A DNA stretch of 64,000 nt from an uncultured Verrucomicrobiae bacterium (GTDB lineage Bacteria; Verrucomicrobiota; Verrucomicrobiia; Chthoniobacterales; JAFAMB01). Of this stretch, positions 33,183 to 43,693 are shown one piece after another. A program made the translations under genes and the position numbers. A model generated the notes under the pieces. That model did not search any database and was not told the DNA's origin. It saw nothing but the letters and a program-made list of their open reading frames with translations. Position 1 is the stretch's first letter, and the number at the start of each line of letters is the position of its first letter. The stretch covers positions 64,001 to 128,000 of the forward strand of contig CAWEXO010000002.1 of NCBI GenBank assembly GCA_963813025.1, written 5' to 3'.

Positions 33183-33266
33183 ATGTTATCCTGGTTTCTG
33201 ATCTTTCTCATCTTAGCCATTCTGATAACCGTGATCGGCTTCTCCGGGAGCAGCCGACACCCTTGA
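33183..33266 (+). CDS. 27-aa hydrophobic peptide resembling the DUF1328 N-terminus (possibly truncated)
   Basis: MLSWFLIFLILAILITVIGFSGSSRHP*. Confidence 0.4.
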   Translation: MLSWFLIFLILAILITVIGFSGSSRHP

Positions 33267-33319
33267 CAAGCTTGGGCCTGCCGCATCGCCCAGGTTTGAT
33301 AACCTACGGTTCACCCGCC

Positions 33320-33358
33320 AAAAAAAGGGGGAGCGATCACTCGATCGCTCCCCTTTTG
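33320..33358. terminator. Bidirectional intrinsic terminator downstream of mscL
   Basis: A-run, ggggagcgatc-actc-gatcgctcccc stem, T-run. Confidence 0.85.
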
Positions 33359-33379
33359 AACCGAAGGGACGGGACCTCT

Positions 33380-33802
33380 TCAGGCAGCGCGCTGTGTCTT
33401 TAGAATGTCGCGTATCTCGGCCAGCAACTTCTCTTCACCAGTCGCCTCCTGGGGAGCTGCCGGAGCCGGTCTCCGAAATCGATTGATCTGTTTGATGATC
33501 AGAAACAACACCAAAGCAACGATCAGGAACTCAATCACCGAATTCAGGAAAGCCCCGTAGGCGATCACCGGCAACCCGCGGTCTGTTGCTTCTTTCAGGG
33601 AGCTGGGGTGTTGCCCGGATAAGTTGATGAACAGGCTCGAAAAATCCACCTTGCCGAGCACGAGCCCGAAGGGCGGCATAATTATATTGTTAACCAGCGA
33701 ATTAACAATTTTACCGAAGGCAGCCCCAATCACCACGCCCACGGCGAGGTCGATCGCGCTCCCTTTCATCGCAAATTCACGAAACTCTTTCAGAATGGCC
33801 AT
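33380..33802 (-). CDS. mscL: Large-conductance mechanosensitive channel
   Basis: [30 protein letters not shown] and LLAEIRDIL. Confidence 0.96.
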   Translation of the reverse strand: MAILKEFREFAMKGSAIDLAVGVVIGAAFGKIVNSLVNNIIMPPFGLVLGKVDFSSLFINLSGQHPSSLKEATDRGLPVIAYGAFLNSVIEFLIVALVLFLIIKQINRFRRPAPAAPQEATGEEKLLAEIRDILKTQRAA

Positions 33803-33989
33803 GAGAAATCTCTTTGTTACGAAGTCCGCTGCAACGATCAAATCGTTCTCTCCACAAATTATCAAACCCGGATGGCCGAACGTTTTGCCGAGTCGATTTG
33901 CTTCCGGTAAGGTTCAACGGACTCAGTGAACGAACGAGCGCGACCGGGCGACTGCTTCGGCGGAGCATCGAGAGTGCAATTTTGCGACC

Positions 33990-34559
33990 ATGTCTGCTGA
34001 CGATCTGACGGAGCTGATCCAGCGCATCAGAAAATCCGATCAGACTGCGGCAGAAGAATTGGTCAACCGCACGTACCCCATCGTGATCCGAATCGTCCGG
34101 AATCATCTGCCCCGCCGCGAACTTGAGGAAGATCTCTCGCAAGAGATCTACCTCAAGATCTTCGCCAAGCTGAACCAGTTTCGTTCCGATGTGCCATTCG
34201 AACACTGGATCTCTCGCATCGCGGTGAACACTTGCATCGATCATTTACGCAAACAGAAGAACCGTCCGGAATATCGCTGGGCAGACTTTTCGGCCGAACA
34301 GCAAGCCGTTCTTGAAAACCTGCAAAATTCCGTGTCTTTGCCTCCAGAACGTTCCCCGGACGAAGTTCGTGACCTTTTACAGCGTTTGCTGCAAACTTTA
34401 AAACCGAATGAGCGCCTGGTGATTCAATGGATGTACCTTGAAGAAAAGTCCGTTGCCGAAATTTGTGACCTGACCAACTGGAAATCGTCTAAGGTAAAGG
34501 TTACTGCCTTCCGAGCACGACAGAAATTGATGTCAACGATCCGGCGTTTAGAGAAATGA
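33990..34559 (+). CDS. ECF RNA polymerase sigma factor
   Basis: EDLSQEIYLKIF, FEHWISRIAVNTCIDHLRK, region 4 SVAEIC...VKVTAFRARQKL. Confidence 0.92.
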   Translation: MSADDLTELIQRIRKSDQTAAEELVNRTYPIVIRIVRNHLPRRELEEDLSQEIYLKIFAKLNQFRSDVPFEHWISRIAVNTCIDHLRKQKNRPEYRWADFSAEQQAVLENLQNSVSLPPERSPDEVRDLLQRLLQTLKPNERLVIQWMYLEEKSVAEICDLTNWKSSKVKVTAFRARQKLMSTIRRLEK

Positions 34560-34846
34560 AAGAAACCGATCTGGAAAACCTGTGGCGGATCAGCAGGATT
34601 GACGGGGAAAAAGACTCGCTCGACCCGCCCGCTGGTTTTGCCCAGGATGTTTTTGCCAGATATTTGCGGGAGAAACGCCAGGGGCAGATCGTTCTGCGAA
34701 CCTCAATCGCTTCGATCGCTGCAGCCTGTTGTATTCTGGTCTCGATCGTTGGACTCAATTTCGATCAGCTCACCTCGCTTCCGGTCAATGATGTCGATCC
34801 GGTGGTAGAGATGGCTAACTCGGTATGGGACTCCGCTGGAAACTGA
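34556..34846 (+). CDS. Putative single-TM anti-sigma factor
   Basis: Translationally coupled to the sigma gene; PPAGFAQDV motif then one TM helix. Confidence 0.7.
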   Translation: MKETDLENLWRISRIDGEKDSLDPPAGFAQDVFARYLREKRQGQIVLRTSIASIAAACCILVSIVGLNFDQLTSLPVNDVDPVVEMANSVWDSAGN

Positions 34847-35223
34847 TTTCAGCATTCGCGGCCATCTTTCTGATTGGGGGCTTCTGCGGTTCCGCGCTCA
34901 CTCTGGCTATCGCCGGCATCAAGATACCTGGAGCTCCGCAGGTAAATCCGCATCGCTGGGAAGACGTCATCATGCGTAACCTCACGACCCGGCTTGGCCT
35001 TACGCCAGACCAGCAGAGGACGATTCGCCCGCAGATCGTCGCGGCGGTTCAGCAAATGCGCCTGGTACGCCGCCAGCTGATCCTGCAAACAGACGATCTG
35101 GTCGATGAAACCTTTCAGCGCCTGGAGGCCCAGCTCACGCCTGAACAGCAGCGGCACATGGAAATCTTCCGAACGAAAAGGAAAGAGCGCCTCCGCCGCC
35201 AGTTAGAGGGATTAAAACAGTAG
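34825..35223 (+). CDS. Periplasmic Spy/CpxP-like accessory protein
   Basis: N-terminal TM and two LTPxQ motifs (LGLTPDQQ, LTPEQQ). Confidence 0.7.
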   Translation: MGLRWKLISAFAAIFLIGGFCGSALTLAIAGIKIPGAPQVNPHRWEDVIMRNLTTRLGLTPDQQRTIRPQIVAAVQQMRLVRRQLILQTDDLVDETFQRLEAQLTPEQQRHMEIFRTKRKERLRRQLEGLKQ

Positions 35224-35241
35224 TTGCCCAATTTCGTCGAT

Positions 35242-35270
35242 TGTAACCAGGCCAGTGTGACCTGCGTCTA
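35242..35270 (+). promoter_or_regulatory. ECF-type promoter TGTAACC-N16-CGTCTA
   Basis: AAC(-35)/CGT(-10) ECF pattern with typical spacing, 19 nt after the ECF operon. Confidence 0.6.
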
Positions 35271-35275
35271 AAAGG

Positions 35276-35350
35276 TCTGTTACGTTTCGGAGAGGAACAC
35301 CTTAGTGGTTAAGGCGGGCAGGCCCGGCGAAAGCCGGGTCTGTTCGTTTA
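35276..35350 (+). ncRNA. Candidate ECF-dependent small RNA
   Basis: No evident ORF between the promoter and the GAAA-tetraloop hairpin at 35318-35343, which has a U-rich tail. Confidence 0.45.
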
Positions 35351-35450
35351 AGCCGACGGAGCTAGGAGCTAGAATCCAGGATCTGGCATTCGGCAGATGG
35401 GGACCTTGGTTCCATCATCCTGCTAACTCCTAAATCCTGGCTTTTTGCAC

Positions 35451-37277
35451 TTACGCTACCCCAGCTAGCTCGGTCACCTGCACGTTGAACTGTAGATCGT
35501 ATAGTTTCCGATAAAGAGTCGAACAGTCCAGCAACTCCAGATGAGTGCCGATATCGCGGATCTCGCCCTGGTGCATCACGACGATCTGGTCCGCTTTCAA
35601 GACCGTCGATAAACGGTGCGCAATCGCGATGACCGTTCGGCCTTGCGATAGCTGCTCCAAGGCCGCCTGAATTTCGCGCTCCGCTTCCGAGTCGAGGGCG
35701 GACATCGCTTCATCAAGCAGAAGGATAGGCGCGTCCTTCAGCAACGCGCGCGCGATCGAGATCCGCTGCTGCTGACCTCCCGAGAGCAGACATCCTTTAT
35801 CACCAATCACTGTGTCGTAGCCTTGCGGTTGCTGGAGGATAAAATCATGCGCAAACGCGCGGCGGGCGGCTTCCGCGACTTCATCCTGGGAAGCATTCAG
35901 CCGGCCGTAACGAATATTGTTGGCGATCGTATCGTGGAAAAGAAACGTTTCCTGACTCACTACGCCGATGTTCTCGCGCAGCGATTCCTGGCGAAGCTTT
36001 CGAATGTCGTGTCCGTCAACCCGAATCACCCCGCTTTCCGGATCATAGAACCGCAGCAAGAGCGAAAGCACCGTGCTTTTTCCCGCGCCGCTTGAACCAA
36101 CGAGGGCGAAATATCTCCCCGGCTTGATGTGCAAACTGAGTTCCCGGATCGCCGGGGAAAGGCCGGCGCGATACCGAAAGGTAACGTTTTCCAACCGGAG
36201 ATCGCCATGACAATCCTTGAGATCCTCCGCTCCCGCTTGATCCTGAATCGCCGGTTCCTTGGTCATGACCTCAAAGATTCCGGTCGTCGCCGTAAAACAC
36301 TTCTGCATCGTGAGATGGATCCGGCTCAGTTTCTTCACGGGATCGTACAACAGAAAAATACCCGCCAATAGCGCAAGGAACTTCGCCGCGGAGAGGTGGG
36401 TGGCCCAAACATAGAAAATCGCGAGACCAACGCCGAAAGCCGCCACGGCCTCAACCATCGGACCCACAATCTCAATGGCTTTGCGCACCCGGAAACTATT
36501 CCGAAATTGTTCAAGGCTCAGCTTGTTGAATTGCTGGATTTCTCGCTCTTCTCGGGCAAAAGCCTTGATGACCCGAATCCCGGCAAAGCTTTCCTGGAGC
36601 GCCACCATCATCGCGCCCATCCTTTGCTCCTCTGCCTTGCCCTGTTTGCGGACGCGGCGCCCAAAGACGACGATCGGCACGATTCCGAGGGGAAAAAGTA
36701 CCAGGCTGAGAACCGTAAACTTCCAGTCCAGATGGAGTAAGGCCAGGACCGCACCGATAATCGTCAGCGGCTGTTTGATGAGATCGCTGCTGATGCTGGT
36801 GAGGGCGCTTTGCGCTTGCGTCGTGTCGTTGGCCACTTTCGACATCAAGTTACCGGAACGCTCCCGATTAAAGAACTCCATGGATTGACGCAGAATCCGA
36901 CTGTAGAGCTTGCTGCGAATATCGGCTAAAACGCGGAGACTGACCCACGCCATGTAATAGGAGTTCAGGTAATCAAAGACACTTCGAATAACAAAGATCA
37001 CAGGGATCGCCGCGCAGATGACCAGAACTGAATTGATCCCCGGACCCCGGTCGAGCATGTCGAGGGTCGACAACTTGGGATGGCCTTGTGGGAATACGTG
37101 GCTATTCACCTCCCGAATCGCCAAAGGCAAGAGACCGCTCACCAGCCCATATAGAGCACCGAATAGCAACGCCAGAACGAAGCGCCCCCAGTACGGCTTA
37201 AGATAAGGAAAAAGATCGCGGTAAGGACCGACCAACAATGTCACGAACTTGCGCGGCGAGAGCTTACTTTTCGACAT
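35451..37277 (-). CDS. msbA: Lipid A export ABC transporter MsbA-like
   Basis: Fused TMD-NBD, GSSGAGKST, LSGGQQQR, LLLDEA; downstream of a GT9 gene. Confidence 0.75.
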   Translation of the reverse strand: MSKSKLSPRKFVTLLVGPYRDLFPYLKPYWGRFVLALLFGALYGLVSGLLPLAIREVNSHVFPQGHPKLSTLDMLDRGPGINSVLVICAAIPVIFVIRSVFDYLNSYYMAWVSLRVLADIRSKLYSRILRQSMEFFNRERSGNLMSKVANDTTQAQSALTSISSDLIKQPLTIIGAVLALLHLDWKFTVLSLVLFPLGIVPIVVFGRRVRKQGKAEEQRMGAMMVALQESFAGIRVIKAFAREEREIQQFNKLSLEQFRNSFRVRKAIEIVGPMVEAVAAFGVGLAIFYVWATHLSAAKFLALLAGIFLLYDPVKKLSRIHLTMQKCFTATTGIFEVMTKEPAIQDQAGAEDLKDCHGDLRLENVTFRYRAGLSPAIRELSLHIKPGRYFALVGSSGAGKSTVLSLLLRFYDPESGVIRVDGHDIRKLRQESLRENIGVVSQETFLFHDTIANNIRYGRLNASQDEVAEAARRAFAHDFILQQPQGYDTVIGDKGCLLSGGQQQRISIARALLKDAPILLLDEAMSALDSEAEREIQAALEQLSQGRTVIAIAHRLSTVLKADQIVVMHQGEIRDIGTHLELLDCSTLYRKLYDLQFNVQVTELAGVA

Positions 37278-37320
37278 TACTGTGGAGAATAGCTGACAGC
37301 TAATAATTGATAGCCCATGG

Positions 37321-38355
37321 TCAGTTCGCACCTGGACATGGGCTGTTGGCCATCTCAGCCAAGAGGATCTTCATAGCACACGTTACCGTTTCGGTCGACA
37401 GTTCGCTCATCGGATGGCCTTGTTCCCGTGGCCGGTCAGGTTGATAATTATGCCCAAAACCGGCTCGGACGCTCCTCGCCCAAGGATGCTGCGCATTCCA
37501 ATGAAACGGGTTCGTTGGCCCGAAAAGGACGACCTGCGGGCGCTCGAAGACCGCCGCAATATGCGCGCCCGCGGTGTCGACTCCCAGAAAAAACCCGGCG
37601 TCTTTGATCACCGCCGCCGAAAGCAAGAAATCAAGACGTCCGGTCAAATCGAATGATCTCACTCCGGGAGCAAGTTTTTCACGTATCTGGAGAACATGCT
37701 CTATTTCCAAGGTTTGTTTGCCGCCGGTGATTACCGCTGGCATTCCCAGCATCCGAGTTGCTTCACCGATGACGTTTGCCCAGCGCTCCGGCAGCCAGTA
37801 TTTTTCCGGGCGTGCCGCGCCGGGGTGAACCACAAAATACTTCTCGGGAATCGAGAGTTCCCGGCGGAGCGAATCCGCCGATCGGCTGACCGAAGCCGGG
37901 ATTGACAGGGAGGGGCGCTGATCCCCCTCGGCCGATCCGAGCGACCGAACCAGATCCAGGTAGTGATCGGTCGTATGCTTCTCCCGCACCCGCGATTGCA
38001 CGAGATCGGTGTAGGCCCATGATCGTAAGCGATGCCGGGCCAGAAAAGAAAAGCCAACCCGCTTGGGCGCTTTAGAGACAAAGGTCGCAAGAGCCGAGCG
38101 ATCATTTCCGGTAAAATCCAGACACAGACTCGGTGCGCTCTGGGCAATGCTGCGCCACACCCAAAACGGATCGTTCCGCTGGAAAACGCGCACATCGTCC
38201 ACCATCGTGATCGCCGGGCTCAGGTCGCGTGCATAGTCATCTATCAGCAGCGTAATTCTTGCTTCGGAGTAGAGCTGCCGCAGGGCTGACAGGGCGGGCG
38301 TCGTGAGGATGACATCGCCGAGCCGTTTCAGCTGGATAACAAGGATCGAGTTCAT
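37321..38355 (-). CDS. Glycosyltransferase family 9 (LPS heptosyltransferase-like)
   Basis: LKRLGDVILTTP, VHPGA, GVDTAGAHIAA, LFGPT. Confidence 0.88.
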   Translation of the reverse strand: MNSILVIQLKRLGDVILTTPALSALRQLYSEARITLLIDDYARDLSPAITMVDDVRVFQRNDPFWVWRSIAQSAPSLCLDFTGNDRSALATFVSKAPKRVGFSFLARHRLRSWAYTDLVQSRVREKHTTDHYLDLVRSLGSAEGDQRPSLSIPASVSRSADSLRRELSIPEKYFVVHPGAARPEKYWLPERWANVIGEATRMLGMPAVITGGKQTLEIEHVLQIREKLAPGVRSFDLTGRLDFLLSAAVIKDAGFFLGVDTAGAHIAAVFERPQVVLFGPTNPFHWNAQHPWARSVRAGFGHNYQPDRPREQGHPMSELSTETVTCAMKILLAEMANSPCPGAN

Positions 38356-38590
38356 CGCACCAATTGAGGGGGGCGCAGGCGCAGCGCAGACCGATACTCC
38401 TGGCGAGGCCGCATCCGGAAGTGATCCCATGTAAAATTTTCCATCACCCGCGCGCGGCCCGCCCTGTCCGTAGAGTCAGCATGATCAATCAGGGAAAGAG
38501 GATACGAGAGAAGATGGTGGACGCAAACAACCAGCGCCTTGCCTCCATTGGTCGGCGCCGTCTATTGGTTAGCGAGAAGCGTAAGAGCGA

Positions 38591-39685
38591 ATGAAGATCG
38601 GGCTGGTTCGACGCGGTTTCGCCCGCGCAGGCGGAGCAGAGAGTTATCTCAAAAGGCTGGGAAAGATCCTCGCTGAACATGGGCATACGACAACCTTGTA
38701 TACCAGTCAGGAGTGGCCGCTGGCTGAATGGCCTTACGGAAAATTGATTCGCCTGAAGGAGCGATCGCCCGAGCGCTTCGCGCGGGAGTTGCCGCGCCGG
38801 CGCGTTTCCGATGATCTGCTTTTCAGTCTCGAGCGGGTTCTGCAGTGCGATTGTTATCGGGCCGGCGACGGCGTGCACCGCTGCTGGCTGAGGCGCCGAG
38901 CAAAATACGAACCGGCATGGCGGGCCAAGTTCCGTGCGCTCCAGCGCAAACACATCGAAATGTTGGCATTGGAAGAGGAGATGTTTCAGCAGGCGGGCGC
39001 CCGCTTCGTTATCGCGAATTCCGAACTCGTAAAAAACGAGATCGTTTCCGAGTTCAATGTTCCGGAGGACCGGATCGGCGTGATCTACAACGGGTTGCCT
39101 GACAATCGATTCACCAAGAAACCGAGCAAGCGTTCTGAGATCCGGAGCAGTCTTGGCTTGGCGGACACCGATATTGCTCTGTTGTTTGCTGGGTCCGGAT
39201 GGGCGCGGAAAGGACTCCGGTTTGCCCTTGCCGCTTTGCGGCAAATAAAGGATCGCAGGTTTAAGCTGCTGGTCGCCGGAACCGATCGAAGACCGTTATT
39301 CGCCGCTTCGCATGTCCAGTACCTCGGCCCGATGGACAACCTGGAGTCGATCTATCGGGCGGCCGACCTCTTCATCCTGCCAACGATTTATGATCCTTTC
39401 TCAAACGCTTGTCTCGAAGCTGTCTCGTTTGGTTTGCCGGTCATTACGACCCGGGCCAACGGTTTCTCGGAGATCATGCAATCGGGCGTACACGGTTGCG
39501 TCATCCCTCAAGCCGATGACATTGCGGCACTTCGGCAAGCCATCGAAACCTGGAGCGACGCCGCGCTTCGGACGACGGCGCGTCCGGCCTGCCTGGAGCT
39601 TGCCGCCGGCTATACGATGCAGAGAAACATGGACAAAACGCTCGCGGTCCTGGAGAACCTCGCGAGGGTCAAGACGGGTCGGTAG
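38591..39685 (+). CDS. Glycosyltransferase family 4 (WaaG-like LPS core)
   Basis: GGAESY, YRAGDGVH, GSGWARKG, PTIYDPFSNACLEA. Confidence 0.88.
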   Translation: MKIGLVRRGFARAGGAESYLKRLGKILAEHGHTTTLYTSQEWPLAEWPYGKLIRLKERSPERFARELPRRRVSDDLLFSLERVLQCDCYRAGDGVHRCWLRRRAKYEPAWRAKFRALQRKHIEMLALEEEMFQQAGARFVIANSELVKNEIVSEFNVPEDRIGVIYNGLPDNRFTKKPSKRSEIRSSLGLADTDIALLFAGSGWARKGLRFALAALRQIKDRRFKLLVAGTDRRPLFAASHVQYLGPMDNLESIYRAADLFILPTIYDPFSNACLEAVSFGLPVITTRANGFSEIMQSGVHGCVIPQADDIAALRQAIETWSDAALRTTARPACLELAAGYTMQRNMDKTLAVLENLARVKTGR

Positions 39686-39826
39686 GAGTCACAGGAGTTG
39701 CAGGACTCATAGGATTCCTGGAGTCTTTAAACCCTTCCATTTGCCGCCATCGCAGATAGCCGTTATTTTCGCGCGAGTAGGCCCCCGTTTTTCCCACCTC
39801 TCTCCAGTCAACCCCGCAAAATCTTC

Positions 39827-40864
39827 ATGAGCTTTCAATATCCCAAACTTCATAATGCGATGTGGCCCGGCCTCGTTGGCAAAGGCCCCGGTTGCGAACC
39901 ATTCATCGACCTTGACACCATGCTCGATCTAACTGCACAAGCCGACGTCGACGGTGTCCGGTTTGATGGTGTCGACCTGTTTGTGTCCGATCCGCACGTC
40001 AGCATTGACTCGACCAAAGATGACTTGCGGCGGTTAGCAGATAAGATCTCCGCAAAAAATCTCGCCATAGGATCTCTGGTTGCCCCGGTCTGGCCTCCGA
40101 CCGGTGGTGGCTCAGCGATGGGATCAAAAGAAGAACGGACCCGTTTTCTGGAACAGGTGCGCAAGACCTGTCGGATCGGCGCTGCTCTCAAAGAACTCGG
40201 AATTCGAAAATCCGGGGTCGTCCGGATTGACTCAGCGACCGATCCGGCGACCTGGATAAAAGATCCGGAAGGGACCAAGAAGATCGCGGCCACCTTTCGC
40301 GAGAGTTGCGGCATTGCGGAAGATCATGGCGAGCGTCTGGCGGCGGAGGGGGAGATCTGTTGGGGTGGGATGCACAGCTGGCGCAAGATGCTCGATCTGC
40401 TGGAAATGGTTGATCGCCCGGACACTCTCGGCTTCCAAGCCGACATGGCGCACACCCTCCTTTACCTGCTCGGATATAATGCACCGGAAGACGCCATCCT
40501 GCCGGAGGGTTTCGATTGGCAGGACGACGAAAAACTGCGGCATGCTCTGGCTACGATGACCCATGAATTGCGTCCCTGGACGAACGATTTTCACGTGGCG
40601 CAAAATGACGGCACAGTCAAAGGCAGCGGTTCTCACGATAAAACCGGGCGGCACTGTTTGCCCGACGATCCTCATGGCAAGCTCCAGATCGCCCGCGATG
40701 CCGGCCACTGGTTGCGCGACGACAAAGGCAATCTGACAAAAGCCATTCAGCATATTTGCTGGGATGGTTGCATGTTCCCGAACGAGGTCATGCTCCAGCC
40801 GCAGGCCTGGAACTCGATTTTGTCGGCGATGATATCGGTGCGCGAAGCGAACGGTTGGAATTGA
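39827..40864 (+). CDS. Xylose-isomerase-like TIM-barrel sugar isomerase/epimerase
   Basis: [15 protein letters not shown] and DFHVAQND metal-binding pattern. Confidence 0.8.
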   Translation: MSFQYPKLHNAMWPGLVGKGPGCEPFIDLDTMLDLTAQADVDGVRFDGVDLFVSDPHVSIDSTKDDLRRLADKISAKNLAIGSLVAPVWPPTGGGSAMGSKEERTRFLEQVRKTCRIGAALKELGIRKSGVVRIDSATDPATWIKDPEGTKKIAATFRESCGIAEDHGERLAAEGEICWGGMHSWRKMLDLLEMVDRPDTLGFQADMAHTLLYLLGYNAPEDAILPEGFDWQDDEKLRHALATMTHELRPWTNDFHVAQNDGTVKGSGSHDKTGRHCLPDDPHGKLQIARDAGHWLRDDKGNLTKAIQHICWDGCMFPNEVMLQPQAWNSILSAMISVREANGWN

Positions 40865-40953
40865 CTCCTTCCCGGGGTCCTGATCGGTCCGCGTGCGCCG
40901 GCGGGGTCATCTGTGCTACTATCCGGCTGCTCCCTCATTTCCCTCCTAAAAAA

Positions 40954-42087
40954 ATGAAAAACCTGAACATTGGTCTGGTTGGCTACGGCTTTATGGGCCG
41001 AGCCCATTCGAATGCCTACCTTTCGGTTAACCAGTTCTTTGAGCTTGAACACAAGCCGGTGCTGAAGGCCGTCGCCGCCCGGGACGAACAGAAGGTGCGA
41101 CGGTTCGCACACAAATGGGGTTATGAACGGGCCACCACAGATTGGCGAGAGCTGGTCAAGGCTCCGGACATCGATATCATTGATATCGCGAGCCCGAACG
41201 ATACCCATGCCGAGATCGCCATCGCGGCGGCGCAAGCGGGTAAAATTGTTCTTTGCGACAAGCCGCTGGCCAGAAACCTGGCCGAGGCGTCTCGAATGGT
41301 TGAGGCAATCAGCAAAGCCGGGGTGCCGAGCATGGTATGGTACAATTACCGGCGCATCCCGGCGGTGACGCTGGCAAAACAGATTATAGCCGCGAACAAA
41401 CTTGGCCGGATTTTTCATTATCGGGCCAAGTTTTTACAGGATTGGACGATCTCGGCGCAAGTTCCACAAGGGGGCGCAGCGTTATGGCGGCTCGATGCCG
41501 ATGTCGCCGGAAGTGGGGTGACCGGCGATCTGCTCGCCCACTGTATCGACACCGCCATCTGGTTAAACGGCGAGGTGGAGACGGTCTCGGCAATGACCGA
41601 GACGTTTGTGAAAGAGCGGATGCACAATATCACCGGTAAACCGGAAAAGGTCGGGATCGACGACGCCAGTGCCTTCCTTGCTCGATTCAAAAATGGTTCG
41701 TTGGCCACGTTTGAAGCCACCCGCTACGCGCGTGGACACAAGGCATTGTACACTTTCGAAATCAACGGCGAATCCGGATCACTTGCCTGGGATCTCCACG
41801 ACATGCACCGTTTAGCGTGGTTTGACCACAAAGATGAGGGAGCGATGCGCGGTTGGCGATCCATCCATGTGACGGAGGGAGAACATCCCTACATGAAACA
41901 CTGGTGGGTGCCGGGACTCGCCATCGGTTTCGAGCACTCTTTTACGCACCAGATAGCCGACTTTATCCAAAGCCTGGAAAAGAAAAAGCCGGCGGAACCG
42001 GATTTTGCCGAAGCCCTAAAGACTGAGTTTGTCGTCGCGGCGGTTTTGCGGTCGGCTAAATCCCGTCATTGGGAGCAGGTGGGGTGA
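40954..42087 (+). CDS. Gfo/Idh/MocA-family oxidoreductase
   Basis: [24 protein letters not shown]. Confidence 0.9.
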   Translation: MKNLNIGLVGYGFMGRAHSNAYLSVNQFFELEHKPVLKAVAARDEQKVRRFAHKWGYERATTDWRELVKAPDIDIIDIASPNDTHAEIAIAAAQAGKIVLCDKPLARNLAEASRMVEAISKAGVPSMVWYNYRRIPAVTLAKQIIAANKLGRIFHYRAKFLQDWTISAQVPQGGAALWRLDADVAGSGVTGDLLAHCIDTAIWLNGEVETVSAMTETFVKERMHNITGKPEKVGIDDASAFLARFKNGSLATFEATRYARGHKALYTFEINGESGSLAWDLHDMHRLAWFDHKDEGAMRGWRSIHVTEGEHPYMKHWWVPGLAIGFEHSFTHQIADFIQSLEKKKPAEPDFAEALKTEFVVAAVLRSAKSRHWEQVG

Positions 42088-42214
42088 GGTGTCGGCCTAG
42101 TGTGTGTCCCCTGGGACCCGTGGGTCCCATAGGTCCCATGGCTCCGATAGTCCCGTAGGGGCTATAGCGCCCTCACACCCAATGCCGATAACGCCATACG
42201 CCGCCCAAACCGAC

Positions 42215-43465
42215 TCACGCCGCTCCTATCCCGGGCGCCGCGGGGTTCGCGTCCGGCCCGAAATAGCGGAGCACTACCAGATCTTCCACAGCGCTGGTGT
42301 TTTCGAATCTCACTCCGGCGCGCGCGGCCGGCTCAGTGCAGAAGACCTCGTCGTTGGTCATCTCAACGAACCGGATCAGCTTGGGACAATCCAGCAGGAG
42401 ATTGTTCATTTTCCCGTTACCCTGAACCACGATCAGGCCGTAGGCGCCGTTATCTTTGATCGTGCACTTCACGCCCGGCTCAATCGTCAATTCTTTTGCG
42501 GTAAATAACTGTTCGCCGTTGATCTTTCCATACACGATCCAGCGATCCAAGTAACCTTCCGAGGCGGTGTCCGCTACCGGGACAGGCTTCAGAAAATGGT
42601 TCTTTTTGAACTCCGGATCGACGTTTGCCTCCCAGTCAAGCTCGCTGACGATGAAATCCAGATCGAAGTGTCGCTCCTTCGGAATATCCTTCACCAAAAG
42701 TGAACGCGGCATTTCCCGCCCTTCGACCAGGGATTGAAACATGGCGAACACATCCGAGCCCCATTGCGGCTCGTAGGTGCAAAGTGAACCGGGGGCGTGA
42801 AGCAGGCCCGGACCGATCAACCACCCGGTCCCCGGCTCCAGACGATAAGCTTTTGAAAGATCGAGAATGCCGTTATCACCTTTGTTCCAGTTTTCCAGGC
42901 ATCGTTTGACGTCTTCCCGGACGGTCCCGGGTTCGAGACCCATAAAGGTATAAGGAAAATTGTTGCCCACTGTGTTGTGCTGCGGCGGGAAATAATAGCT
43001 CTCCGGCTTACCCTCTTGTCCGACCAGCCGAGCGTGTTCCTGCGATTGATGCATGTGGTGCGGAATCGGACCCATGTTGTCGAAGAACTTCGAGTAAACC
43101 GGCCATCGATGGTAGCGGTCCCAGATCGTTTTTCCGATTAGTTCCGAGCCGAGCTCCTCAACGGCGGCAGCCACGGTAAATCTCCGATCATCAACGACGC
43201 AGTAGCTCAATCCTTCGTCCGGGGTGCGCCCTTCATTCGCGGCCGGCGTGGTCGAGGCAAACCAACGCTCGTCAATACCGCCGCGATCCAGGCCAAAGGC
43301 GTAAAGGTCGTATGGATGAAGTTTTAAACGGCGACCCGGCTGCAGAAAAGATCGCGGCACCCAGCACGGAGCCAATCGCAACAGTCCGCCGCTCTGATCG
43401 AGGGCGTCTTGAACAACTTGGCGAAGGTTTGTATCGACGGTCTTGAGCGCGGTAACTGTTTTCAT
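42215..43465 (-). CDS. Cupin-fold protein, type I phosphomannose-isomerase-like
   Basis: ERW, KFFD...PHHMHQ, GKPESYY, GLLHAPG...EPQ..SD resemble PMI zinc-site motifs. Confidence 0.65.
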   Translation of the reverse strand: MKTVTALKTVDTNLRQVVQDALDQSGGLLRLAPCWVPRSFLQPGRRLKLHPYDLYAFGLDRGGIDERWFASTTPAANEGRTPDEGLSYCVVDDRRFTVAAAVEELGSELIGKTIWDRYHRWPVYSKFFDNMGPIPHHMHQSQEHARLVGQEGKPESYYFPPQHNTVGNNFPYTFMGLEPGTVREDVKRCLENWNKGDNGILDLSKAYRLEPGTGWLIGPGLLHAPGSLCTYEPQWGSDVFAMFQSLVEGREMPRSLLVKDIPKERHFDLDFIVSELDWEANVDPEFKKNHFLKPVPVADTASEGYLDRWIVYGKINGEQLFTAKELTIEPGVKCTIKDNGAYGLIVVQGNGKMNNLLLDCPKLIRFVEMTNDEVFCTEPAARAGVRFENTSAVEDLVVLRYFGPDANPAAPGIGAA

Positions 43466-43502
43466 TTTGGAGAATGAGACATGGAAACAGCTGAACCGTT
43501 AA

Positions 43503-43674
43503 CAGTCAATCGAGCGGAGGAAGCGGCGGGAGCGACCTCAGCTGCGGGAGGTAGGTTGCCAATTGAGAAAGCAAAGAGCGCAACTTCCTTCCCCATAGCT
43601 CGTACCTCCGACCGTTCTTGCGCTACATTCCTCCGCTGAAGCCGCTCCCGCCGCTTCCTCCGCTCGATTGACTG
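43503..43674. repeat. 172-bp element with a perfect 32-bp terminal inverted repeat
   Basis: cagtcaatcgagcggaggaagcggcgggagcg (43503-43534) and its exact reverse complement (43643-43674). Confidence 0.9.
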
Positions 43675-43693
43675 ACTCCTGCGACTCTCCCCT

